Assembly: GCA_905178155.1 (NCBI GenBank)
Contig: CAJINV010000006.1
Span: forward strand, 3,098,437-3,162,436
Direction of reading: 5' to 3'
DNA length: 64,000 bases
Origin: Amoebophrya sp. A120
Taxonomy: Eukaryota; Protista; Dinoflagellata
The notes under the pieces are model-generated. The model was not told the DNA's origin. It made no database searches and saw only the letters and a program-made list of their open reading frames with translations. A program made the translations under genes and the position numbers. This document shows positions 23,823 to 35,094 of the stretch, piece after piece; positions within the stretch are counted from its first letter, which is position 1, and every line of letters begins with the position of its first letter.

Positions 23823-26800
23823 ATGCAAGAGCACGAAATCGATATCGAACGACCGGTCGAGTCCAAGAAACCTTCTGGTGCAGAAGGAGCTCCTCCAGAC
23901 AAAGAGCTACATCTTATCAAGTGCAAATATGTCTTTGATCCTCGTTCTGTGATGCTGAGTGAAGCTGAATGGTCATAACCTAGAACAGCCTTGTAGTTCC
24001 TAGTGCAGCTTGTTCAAGCATGGCAAATATAGCGTCTCGGACTCGCTTTCTCATGCATAGCGGGCACTACAAACTGCGTTCTTTTGGCATGACGCAAACA
24101 AAAAAGGTCGCGCTTTTATTTTTCATGATCATGCAAGAACGCAAGAAAATTCAAATTGACACGAATGCAAGACCTTTGTGAAGAGCACTCATTTGGTGGT
24201 TTTTCCTCGTCTTACATCTGTTTTTTAGACGACAGTGAGGTTTAACTGAAGTGGGGCTCCTCGACAAGGGCATGATTTTGTGCTGTTGTTCCGCGCACTG
24301 GATAGTTTAAACCTAAGAACTTGAGTGACTGCTCAAAAATCAAAATGCTTTTTCAAAAATCGAAATCAGAACAAAAAAGCGCATGACAGAAATGAAAAAA
24401 TTGGCGTCGTGTATGATCCATTGATTCTCATCAGGTCTCGAGAAGCATGTATGTCAAGATCTTGTATTTTTAAAGTCACCAAATAGAAATTTCAACGAAG
24501 AGTCAAGAGGTTGTAGCTTCTTCAATTACAACACGAATGCATAGCAGCACGACAAGCATAGCACAAGTTTGACACAACTTTTCCAGATCTAGTACTTCGC
24601 TTCGAAGACATATTTGCTCCTGTGGATACATCAGCTGAAGCAACATGCCCCAAGTGAGGGTACCGAAAATACATGCAACAAGGCCGCAAAGGACGAACAG
24701 CAAGTAGATCAACAACATCTTCCAGAAGTTACAACAGCTTCATCTTCTAAAGATTCCTCTTCTGCGCAGGAAACAGTGCTAACGGAGGAACTAAACCTCA
24801 GTGCTAGCGTCGCTGCAAAGGATAAGGAAACCGAAACAGAAGAAACAACTACTAAAAATACAACTAGCGACACAATCTTGTTGGGAACAGATAAAAACAG
24901 CAACACGGTGGACAATAAGACCTGCGAAACATTAAAAATGAGCAGTGAAGAGGCCAAGGAACAGGAGCCGGAGGTTGCCTCCACGACCGCTAAGCGCCCC
25001 AAGACCGAAGATGATTTTGGTGAAGAGAAACCGGTAGAAATGCAGGGTGACGAAGCCAACGGCGAGGACGACATCCCCGCCGCCAAGCGGCCCAAGACGA
25101 CCGATCTTGCTCAACCGAAAAGCAAGGCGGCAGCGCTATGAACTGCGAAAGTATCGTGCTCGTATAAATGCATTACAAATTTCCTCAGCATGAGAGATAA
25201 AATCTGTAATGCGAATTTACCTTAAGATATAAGATTTGTAATGCATGATAGCGAGTACAACTTTTGCACAGGATAAGCGCCACGAGTTTTCAACTTCTCG
25301 ATTAAAACCGAAGATGGGGACGCGGTAGGACTTATCAACATGAAAGATCCCCCCTATCGCCCATATCAAAACGGAAATTTGTGATGCTGATTTGTGGTTA
25401 CAAATCATCTTTGTCTTGCATATAGGCTCATAGGAGCCATTTGACGCATTCATCCAGAGCAAGTCTGTCATGCGCTTGCGACTTATGCAAACCTGTTTGC
25501 CATGCGCAAGTGCTAGCCTTCTGCATAGTACCCAGACAGGCTCAGAAAATGCCGCCAAGCACTTTCTGCAAGACAGATCTGATCTGTGTACGCAAATCCA
25601 GCATCAGAAACTTCGTTTCGATATGGGGCAGGGGGATGTTTCCTCTCAATAGGACTAGTAACAGAAGCCGCCGCTGAGGATCCGAATGAAGAGGAGAATG
25701 GGTCCTCGTTGCTAGGTGGACCAAACATCACGAAGGCGAAGTATCAAATGCAAAAATGTCTGGGTCTGGGAGGATGGAACTTGTCATGCTGTCTTTGGAT
25801 TCGAAAAAAAATTGCATTGCGTAAGGAGCAAGAGGAGTCCAGTTTATGCTACGCGGAGAGGGTATTCGTATTCCTCATGCGGTATAGGCATCAGGAAGCC
25901 CTCGCAAAATCTAAATCTCTGATGCTAGGTCATGCACATTTTGCATGGACGGTCCATGCAAAATGTACATGACAAGTGCTTCGTCGATCGATTGTGCCAC
26001 TAGGGCCTAGGGCCTTGTGTTCTGGCTACTCCGGATCGCAATCGATGGAGGGCGGGACCTGCACCGGCGACAGGCGCTATCCAACCAACCAAGTGTTCCA
26101 ATCTTCCAGACCCAGACATTTTTGCATTTGATACGAAGGACACTACTACCAGTTCCATGGACCTGGAGGAGGAGCAAAAGGTATGTGTTTTTAACGTGTA
26201 TAATCGAAATCGTACCATTGTTATTGTACTAAAACTGCGGATCATGGTGCGCATGCGGTACAACTACTTCTTGTTGTTTTCGACCTCTAGGATCGCGAAC
26301 GAATGCAGCTGCACGCGAGTGCTGGTAGTTTGAGTCGGTACTAGATTATATGAAGATCCACCGAGTTGTTGTACTAAAAGAAGCAGTAACAGTCTAGATG
26401 ATAGTACAACATGATGCAAAATGAATATCTAAAACTGAATCTTCGATCGTAGTTTCAACATACTAGAAGTACAAAAACTCTCACATAACAGTCCCAGATG
26501 GAGCAATTGATTTTGCAGAACCAGCAACTCTATCCTGTGCAAAAGTATCGTACTAGTATGAATTGCATATACAAAAAATTGACTTGGCATTACAAATCGA
26601 CTTTGTCATGCGGATTTGCCTATAACAAAAAGATTTGTAATGCATAAAGGCAATTAGTACGAGTGCGATACTTTTGCACAGGATAAACTCGCAATGGCCA
26701 ACATGAACATGCAGATGATGATGAACAACAATCCTATGGGTATGATGATGAACAGCGGGGGCATGAACATGGGTGGCATGGTATCCTGAGTAAAAACGTC

Positions 26801-29800
26801 CCCACCCCATATTCAAGTTGGTTAATCTGCAACACAAATCTCCAAGTTTTGAGAGTTATGCATGACAAGTATCCATCTGTTGTGTAACGCTGTTTAGCAA
26901 GGACAGCCGCATCACAAAGACGCCTGCTCATCCTGTTTACAGCACTACAAACCCCAGAACACGAGCGACTACAAATTCCTCTCTTGCGGATGTGCATTGC
27001 AGATTTTTCTGTAGATGCCAATCTGCATAACAACTATGGGGCGGGGACGTTTTTAAATAGGATAGATGGGTGGCATGATGGGCGGCGGAGGCCAGGGGAA
27101 AGGATATGAGAGTGCTCAATTTTTACTTCGTCCCCTCGCTCTCATTTGTAGTTCTCATGCAAAATTTATATACCAACTACTCCACACTTTGTCATGCAAC
27201 ATCGGCATTCTTGCCGACGCTTGCACTATCGCTGTTTGTGCAAAAATTGAAATGAGGGGGAGCAGGCGGGGGAGTTGAAAAAGATGTGCACTCTCATAAG
27301 GTTAAGGGAGGTGGGTTTAATAACAACAAGGGTAAAAACAATTATGGCGGTGGTTGGAACAACGGCAACGACTGGAATAACAACAATTGGGGGAACAACA
27401 ATTGGGGAAACATATGCTGTGCAAAAGTATCGCACTCGTAGTAATTGCTATCGTGCATGACAAATATCGCTTTTTTTGGAAAAATAGCATGACAAATTGC
27501 ATTTTTCTCCTTGAAAAAATTTGTGATGCAATTTATACGAGTGCGATGCTTTTGCAATGCATACAACAACAATTGGGGCAACAATAATTGGGGAAACAAC
27601 AACTTCAAAGGAGGCAAGGGAAAAGGTGGTCAAGACATGTCAGACAACCCAGCAGTGTTGGAGTCCATGAGTCACCCGATCAACCAAAATCCCCCAGCAA
27701 ACCGGTCGAACGGCATCGTCAATATGAAGTGTGCGAAAAGATGGGGTATAAATGGACTATACTGTTCTTGTTATGCAAGACAAATTTCCCGTACATGTAC
27801 AACATGCATCACAAATTTCATCAATTTGGAGCGTAAAACCTGTCATGCTAAACTAGTATCGAAGCTAAGTTCTGTCATGCAGAGACCGCATCTGTACTTG
27901 TACGGGAAATTTACTGTGGATACTTGTAGACTTAGATGTGAGTAGTTGTGTCTGTGTGAACAGAGTGATGCTCAGTTTTAGTTGCGGTCGACACTGTGGC
28001 TGTTGTACATCCAGCGGTGTTTGCTGATTCTGAAAATGACTTGCACATCAAAAATAAGAAAAACGAAAACCACCCAGATGGATTACAGAATGATGTAAAT
28101 ATACGAATTTCTAAATTTTCTACCCCTCCCACAGAGCGTCCGGATTCCAAGCCGGAGAATGTACTGCTATATGCATTGCAAAAGTATCGTACTCGTATAA
28201 ATGCATTACAAATTTCCTCAGCATGAAAAATGAAATTTGTAATGCTGATTTGCCTTGAGAGACAGATTTGTAATGCATGACTGCAAGTACTACGAATACG
28301 ATACTTTTGCACAGGATATGCTACCAATGGATGCGAAGAGCCGGTTCGATGTGGCGATGCAGGGAAACCCGATATGACTTGTAAAAATGTCTGGGTCTGG
28401 AAGAATGCGACTTGTCATGCTGTTTTTGGACTCTATAAAAAATTGTATTGCACGACCAGCAAGAGGGGTCCGGTTTGTCCTACACGGACAAAGCATTTCT
28501 CATGCGGAAGGTGCATCAGTAAGCCCTTTAAGAGTCTATGATGCTTGGCCATGCATTACAGGCATCCTGGATCATGAGAAATCTGCATGACAAATCTTGC
28601 ACTCTTCCAGACCCAGACATTTTTGCATTGGATACCCGAACTTGGGGTCTTACTCGGTCAAGATCGTGCCGAACATTCGGCATCCGGTATCATATGTAAA
28701 AACGTCCCCAGCACGAGCTTATAAATCAAGTTGGGAACTTAGCAACACAAATCCAGAAGTTTTGGGATCCACGCATGACAACTTGCAGTCCGTAGTGTAG
28801 TCGTGTTTGCTAGCAAGAACAACCGCATCACAAATCCAACCGCTCATCCTGTTAGCAGCATTACAAATGCCACAATACGATTGGAAATGCCTCCCTCGTT
28901 GGGGAAGATGCGCATTGCAAATGTTCCTGTAATCGCAAATCTGCATGACAACTCTGGGGTCGACGTGGGGACGTTTTTACACAGGATAACCGACGAGACG
29001 ACCGGAAATCATCTGCTTCTTCTGTCCCGTCTTCAAACAGCCGAAGGGCATATCAAATGCAAAAATGTCTGGGTCTGGAAGATTCTAAGCTTGTGATGCT
29101 GTCTCTGGATTCTAAAAAAATTTGTGTTGCATGACCAGCGAGACCGAGAGGAATCCCGTTTGCGCTACGTGGAGAGGGCCTTTCTCATGCGGTAGAGGTA
29201 ATTATAGCACAAAGCCCTTCAAAAATCTGTGATGCTAGGGCATGCATCACAGACATCATGCGCCATTCAAAATATGCATGACAATCTTCCAGACCCAGAC
29301 ATATTTGCATTTGACAGGGCAAGGGCAAGAACAAGTACGGAAAGGCTGCTCCGATGGAGGGACATCCGGATTTCAAGTACATTGGCGACAATATCGACTT
29401 ATCCTGTGCAAAAGTATCGTACTCGTAGTAATCGCAATCATGCATTACAAATCTATATCCCAAGGCAAAACAGCATGACAAATTCCATTTGTCATGCTGA
29501 GCTAATTTGTGTTGCAATGACTACTAGTACGATACTTTTGCAGTTCATACGACTCGGTACGTACATAGTACGAATTGCTATCGACTACTTATTTGATCGC
29601 GTTGTAGAAGATGAGGAGATGTTTTTATGATACATAAAGTGGTCGTGTGCTGATCGATGTTGAATTATCGTTCCTGAATTGAAGTATAATATGCAGATCA
29701 ACAGCACTTGACCATTTCTTCATCCCCACTGCTCTACTTCAAAACTCCTACTAGAACATCAACCCATCGTGAAAATACAATTTTATCAGTTCACCGAATC

Positions 29801-32334
29801 GCTGGACGAGTACATGTACAACCCGTTGGGTGGCGGTGTGGCCAGTTCTTTTTCGATATCCTGAGGAAAAACGTCCCCAACCCAGAGTTGTCATGCAGAA
29901 ACGCAATCACAGGAAAGCTTGTAATCCGCATCTCCATATTAAAAGGCATTTTCGGTGATGTTCTGGAATTTGTGATGCTGGAAACAGGATACGAGGATAG
30001 CTTTGTGATGCGGCTGTCCACCTTGAGCTTGATTGTAACCCCCATTACAATACGAATACGGAAAAATATTAAAACTTGTCATGCGTGACTCGGAAAATCT
30101 CTGGGCTTGTGTTGCAGACGAGTTCCCAAGAACCTGACTATGGGTATTTCGGGACGTTTTCACTCAGGATATTCGAAGGACTTTATCCAGACGGAAGAGC
30201 AGTACTCGGAGTGCCGCGGGCAGTATCCAAGAAGAAAAAAAGATTGTAGTTGTAACTTTTTTGGTCAGCCAGCATTACAAATCTGTCTGGCAGTGACAGC
30301 AAAGTAGTAAAGCTGTCATGCGTGACAGCATTACAAATCTGTCTGGCAGATAGCACGTGCTGTTGAAAATGAAAACGTATGCGCATTTTTGACTCTACAA
30401 AGCATTGACCCTACTTAGCATGACAGACGCAACCATCTTACATGTCGCGCATCACAAACTTCTTGCACCTACAATTTTTTTTTTGTTGGATAGGCAGCTG
30501 CACATGCGGGAAACTTCGCTGAACGATGAGTCTTTCGAGAAACTCATTGACTTTTTCCTGCTGAAGAAGATCGAGGTATTTTTTTGACTAATTTTTTTAA
30601 GCTTTTGAAGTCTCTTTCGATTTACTTATCGATTTTTGAACAACAAACGGAAACGGGACACTTACCGAACTCCACGTTTATCGTTGTTTATCGTAGAGAA
30701 CAAAAAATTGGAGCGGCGGGGGGAGGTGTGCAACTTGTGCTTCTTCTGTGTCTCGATGATAAGAGAAGTTGACCCGCCTCGCGGCCGATAATCGACGCTG
30801 CCCTTTTGAAGTTGTGCACAACAAGTTGTTGGGCGGAAGAATCAATCAATGATAAGTAGCGCGAGAAAAGAAGGAATATTTTAATCCCAGATCTCCGTGT
30901 GGCGCATCGACGGGAACTTGTTGACGACCCTGGATCCGTTGATTAAGTACATCAAGCAGTGGAAGGTGATGTTCCCCGATCAAGAGATGAAGTTTCACGA
31001 GGTCCACTGCCACGACAATTACATCACGAGGAAAGGAGTCATCGACTTTATCACGGTCCTGCTCGAAGAGTTCAAGGTAGCACTATCAAATGCAAAAATG
31101 TCTGGGTCTGGAAACTTGTAATGCTGTGTTGGAAATAGTGAATGCTCTGTAATGCACAGCCAAGCATCAGAAATATCTGCACTTCTTTGTGTTGCGTTTT
31201 TCGCATGAGAAACTGAGTTTTTGCATGACAGGCAACGCGGTTTCTTCTTGGACACGCATCACAAGCTTTTTTGTCATGCCAGACAAGCATGACAAATCTC
31301 GCAATCTTCCAGACCCAGACACTTTTGCATTTGATAAGCACCGGCGCGGGACGACTGGCGCTACCAACACTGCATGAAATTCCGCCCCCTGTGGATTGAT
31401 ATCCTTTGCAAAAGTATCCTACTCGTATTGCAGTCATGCATTACAAACCATCTTCCTAAGGCAAATCAACATTACAGATTTTATTTCTCATGCTGAGGAA
31501 ATTTGTAATGCATTTATACGAGTGCGATAGGATACTTTTGCAATGCATAATTGACACGGACCGGGTGCCCATCTGGCTCCGCATGGGAGACAACACTTGC
31601 AGCCGGAATGAACCGGAGCAGACTGTGCTGGAAATCGATGCTCTGCACGAACAATTTTCGGACCCGACTACGTCAGCAGAAGCCATCTGCTACGGTAAGG
31701 AAATCTAATTTAATGAGCTTTCTCCATTGTCAGCACGACCGCGACAAGGTGTTCTTTTTGTCTGCGACAGCGTATGATCATGATCAGCATATCATGGTTT
31801 CGTTCTGCACAACATCCACACTCACTGAAATTTTCCGAAATGAGTTTGCGTATAACAAAGATTTTCACTTTCGAAACTTTCGAAAAACAAAAATGATCAT
31901 CTACTCAGTGGGCTGCGAGGAGTGTACCCACCTGTGCTGCCGGAAGTTTTCCGAAAACATTTCGCCCATCGTATCGAAAGGAAAAATCCCCCCTCCCCAT
32001 ATCGAAAACGAAATTTGTGATGCTGTATTTGAGGTCACAAATCGACTTGTCATGCTAGAAGGCCAAGAGCCGCAGTCGTGGCCTCGTTTGCAGGCAATTT
32101 GTCATGCTGTTTCCCGCTCTCAGCTGCCTCCTATCATGCTGAAGATGCAAGGCTTGACCACGGCACCCAGCACTACAGTCCGCATCTTTTCCCGTGTAGC
32201 ATGACAAAGCTGATTTGTGACAACAAATCTGCGTCACAGATTTCCGTTTTGATATGGGGAGGGGGGATTTTTCCTTTTGATACATCGTGCACATCAACGG
32301 ATTGACGACGCGTCCCCCGCCGAGCTGGCAGTAA
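23823..32334 (+). CDS. ~719-aa protein: acidic N-terminus, M/G/N-rich and NNNWG low-complexity region, C-terminal LRR-like domain
   Basis: Removing 18 exonic introners and 5 GT-AG introns gives 720 codons; LRR-like strings LHMRETSLND, WRIDGNLL, EVHCHDNYITRKG, IWLRMGDN. Confidence 0.75.
23915..24628. mobile_element. Expanded, degenerate family A introner
   Basis: TATCAAGTGCAAATATGTCT ... AGACATATTTGCTCCTGTGGATA; TSD CATCT/CATCA. Confidence 0.7.
25137..25275. mobile_element. Introner family B
   Basis: TSD AGCGC. Confidence 0.9.
25333..25651. mobile_element. Introner family I
   Basis: TSD GGACT. Confidence 0.88.
25742..26133. mobile_element. Introner family A with a 111-bp insert
   Basis: TSD CGAAG. 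Confidence 0.92.
26181..26518 (+). other. Canonical GT-AG intron (acceptor could be 26497)
   Basis: AAG|GTATGT ... TTTTGCAG|AAC, in frame. Confidence 0.55.
26531..26685. mobile_element. Introner family B
   Basis: TIR TATCCTGTGCAAAAGTATCG at both ends; TSD AACTC. Confidence 0.92.
26782..27064. mobile_element. Introner family D
   Basis: TIR TATCCTGAGTAAAAACGTCCCC; TSD CATGG/GATGG. Confidence 0.9.
27105..27298. mobile_element. Introner family H
   Basis: Decayed TSD AAGGA/AGGTT; frame restored. Confidence 0.8.
27413..27563. mobile_element. Introner family B
   Basis: TSD AAACA/CAACA. Confidence 0.9.
27746..28134 (+). other. Canonical GT-AG intron containing a family J element
   Basis: TGG G|GTATAA ... 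CCCACAG|AG CGT restores KRWERPDSK. Confidence 0.5.
27772..27922. mobile_element. Family J element, probably within a canonical intron
   Basis: TIR ..AAATTTCCCGTACA; TSD CTTGT. Confidence 0.9.
28170..28318. mobile_element. Introner family B
   Basis: TSD TGCTA. Confidence 0.92.
28373..28634. mobile_element. Introner family A
   Basis: TSD CCCGA. Confidence 0.92.
28688..28988. mobile_element. Introner family D
   Basis: TSD TCCGG/ACCGA. Confidence 0.86.
29051..29316. mobile_element. Introner family A (ACA right end)
   Basis: TSD GGGCA. Confidence 0.9.
29400..29549. mobile_element. Introner family B
   Basis: TSD CGACT. Confidence 0.9.
29557..29789 (+). other. Canonical GT-AG intron
   Basis: TCG|GTACGT ... 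TTTATCAG|TTC, in frame. Confidence 0.65.
29857..30171. mobile_element. Introner family D
   Basis: TSD TTCGA. Confidence 0.9.
30224..30492. mobile_element. Introner family C
   Basis: TSD GGCAG. Confidence 0.9.
30576..30890 (+). other. Canonical GT-AG intron
   Basis: GAG|GTATTT ... ATCCCAG|ATC, in frame. Confidence 0.7.
31084..31336. mobile_element. Introner family A
   Basis: TSD AGCAC. Confidence 0.92.
31400..31549. mobile_element. Introner family B
   Basis: TSD ATTGA. Confidence 0.9.
31695..31908 (+). other. Canonical GT-AG intron
   Basis: TAC G|GTAAGG ... CTACTCAG|TG, in frame. Confidence 0.7.
31972..32282. mobile_element. Introner family I
   Basis: TIR TATC.AAAGGAAAAATCCCCCTCCCCATATC.AAAAC; TSD CATCG. 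Confidence 0.92.
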
Positions 32335-33205
32335 ATCATTCGAGGAATGTTGCGGTGGCGAAATATTAAAGGGAAGGTCTTTCATCTTCATCTACGGTGG
32401 TCGCAAAAATAATGACTTGAGTAACCAAATGTACGGACGACACGGAGGTAGAAGTTGCTAGTGGTGGTGGGCGGGGAATAAAGCAGTTGTAGTAAAAGCA
32501 GTTCTAGTAGTTCGAGCGACCGCCTCTGCAGCCGCGGGTATTTTTAAAATCACGACGAATTTTCTTAACAAAACAGCGTCAAGAATAAACCGAATTTCAT
32601 CTTCGTAAGGTGCACGTTTCTTGTTCGAGAAAGGAGAAAGACGTCAGGAGTCAGACAACTACCTCGAGAGGACAAGAAGAGGAGGCAGCGGAAGGAGTTT
32701 CTTGTCGAGGAGAAAGTTGGCGGACGACCAGCAGGAACAATTATATCGGAGGTTCTGCCTATGCTTGTGCAACATTGGAATAAAGTTAAAGCGGTCTTGT
32801 GCCTGCTTCGTGAATTTTTTTCTGCGACAATATGATAAACTCGAGGATGAAGTAGAAGATATCGATTACAGTGGCCAACTCAACAGCTGTTGTGAGTACC
32901 TGTACGGTGATGCGGATCATGTACGCATCTTCGAAAGACGTACTTCAATCGCAGCGTCACCAGAATGTAAGCTTCACTGGTCTACTACTTCTTCTATTCT
33001 ATTTCCACGTCTTAAAGCATGAACTTCATGCCTGAGCACAACAGAGTGTATTTTTTGTGTGTGCTTCACCTACAGCTGTCGGTGTTCATGATTTTTCTTG
33101 CTGATGAAGACTGAAAAAACTGGCGCTGGAAACAAAGCTCCTCGTGCTTCGCAATAACTGGAAAAGGATAAGACCATGACGAGGATCATGAACGTCTCCG
33201 AGGAT

Positions 33206-34502
33206 GGTAAAACAAGGAATCAAGTTGAGGTCATGGAATCAAGTTAGACCTGGAGTCAGGTTATATGGAATCACGTTAAACCCGGAATCAAGTTACATGG
33301 AATCAAGTTACTACCTGGAATCAAGTGGTGGAATGGAATCAAGTAAACCACCACAACTTCATCCCCACCAGTCCTTCGCCTCGCAATGCCTCCCCTTGGA
33401 AGAATCTATCTGCTGCGCTTTTTGTGTTTTGTGGCTGCCACACCCTCGCGCCTAAAGCTCTCCGCTACTTTTTTTGAAAGGCGGCCACGTTCATCAAAGG
33501 TGTCTGGCTTTTCTTCCTCTGGTCGATAGAGACGTGGCGAGAAATGTTATAGCTAACCTTCGCGCGCCCGTCTTGTTTTAGGGCTCTTTGCCGAAAGTTT
33601 TCCAGGCTTTCGCCTTGCGAAGTTCCAGGGAGGGATTCCATTTGTGTCTCCTTCCCTCGGAAGGGGTGTGTCTCTGGGAATTCCGTCTTCATTTCGCCTT
33701 CCCTCGGAAGATCCATCCGTCCCTCTCGGAGTTACATTCCCGCTTCGCCTCCTCTCGGGAGACCCATTGCTCATGGGATTCCGTTTCCATTTCGCCTTCC
33801 TGGGGATGGTGTCAGTCTCGGGGGATTCCGTTTTGCCTTCCTGCGGAAGGTGTCTCGGGGGCCGCCATTTCGCCTTCCTTGCCCTCTGGTAGGTCTCTCC
33901 CTGGCGGAAGGACCGCTGCTTGATTGCCTCTTGGGGGAGTGTGAGTTGTTTATTTCCTGGCTGGCGCGAAGCTTTCGCCATCGACTCCAGATTGATGAAT
34001 GGCCCGAGCTTATTGACACCTCCTGCGCGACGTGGGTGGTTCGGGGTTTTTCTGTGCCCGGGCTCGCCGAGGCGTTTTGGATTCGGCTTCGGAGCGCGCA
34101 GGTTTGCGGCTGTCCGGGGCTGTGCGCGTGTGCTTACAGCTTTTGCGCCGGGGGCCCCGGGTTTTTTCTTTTGTGTCCCGGGGCCTCGTCACATCTACGC
34201 CCCGGGGCCCCGGAACATGCATGGCCCGTCGGAAGGCAGGCCAGCCTTCGGTAAAGGTAGGAAGGCGGGGGGGCCGAAGCACAGGCTGGCGCGTGCATGG
34301 TGAATAACGTTTGGCGGTGGAGGAGATAACGGGGCCCGCGCCGTGCTTTTCGCGGAAACGGGAAACGGGACACGCAACTTGATTCCAGGACCCAACCTGA
34401 ATCCAGTCAACTTGATTCCAGGGTCCAACTTGATTCCATTTAACTTGATTCCAGTTACCAACTTGATTTCAACAATTTGACCAACTTGATTCCTTGGACG
34501 TC
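33206..34502. mobile_element. Non-coding TIR-type element with inverted arrays of GGAATCAAGTT
   Basis: ~8 GGAATCAAGTT-like units at 33213-33345 and ~8 AACTTGATTCC-like units at 34376-34497; flanked by a ~79-bp direct repeat. Confidence 0.8.
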
Positions 34503-35094
34503 CAAAGCTCCTCGTGCTTCGCCAACTTGGAAACAAAGCTCCTCGTGCTTCGCAATAACTGGAAAAGGATAAGACCATGACGAGGATCATGCACGCCTCC
34601 GAGGATCAACGTGAAAAAAGAATCTTAGCCCCAGATGGCTTGGGCAGGCCTGCAAAGATCTCTGAACTGTTTTTTTCTACTAATTGGTTTAACAGGCGAT
34701 TTTTTGCCGCGATGAACCTTTTTGCCGTAAAGTGCTAGATCCTGTTTGAGGACTACGAGACACCTAGATTTTACGTCGACGAGTACCGTTTGTCAACATG
34801 ATTTTGCCGCACAACTCTATATGTTTCTTCAGTGCCTAGGAAGTCTACCATCGACCATGCGAGACACCTTCGTTGCAAGTAAATACTTTTTGTTTTTCTA
34901 CTTTGCTTGTGAAAGAGGTAACTGACGGACCGCAGCTTTTTGAATTTGAATCTGGTGCAGATATAGAAATAGGCCGATTCTTCATCCTCTTCATCTTCTT
35001 CTTTCCCTGAGGGTGAGGTGGACCAGCCACATTGGTGTCTTCAAAATATTAAGTGGCGGAGGAAACGATAAAAGCGTAGATAGAAACATTCACA

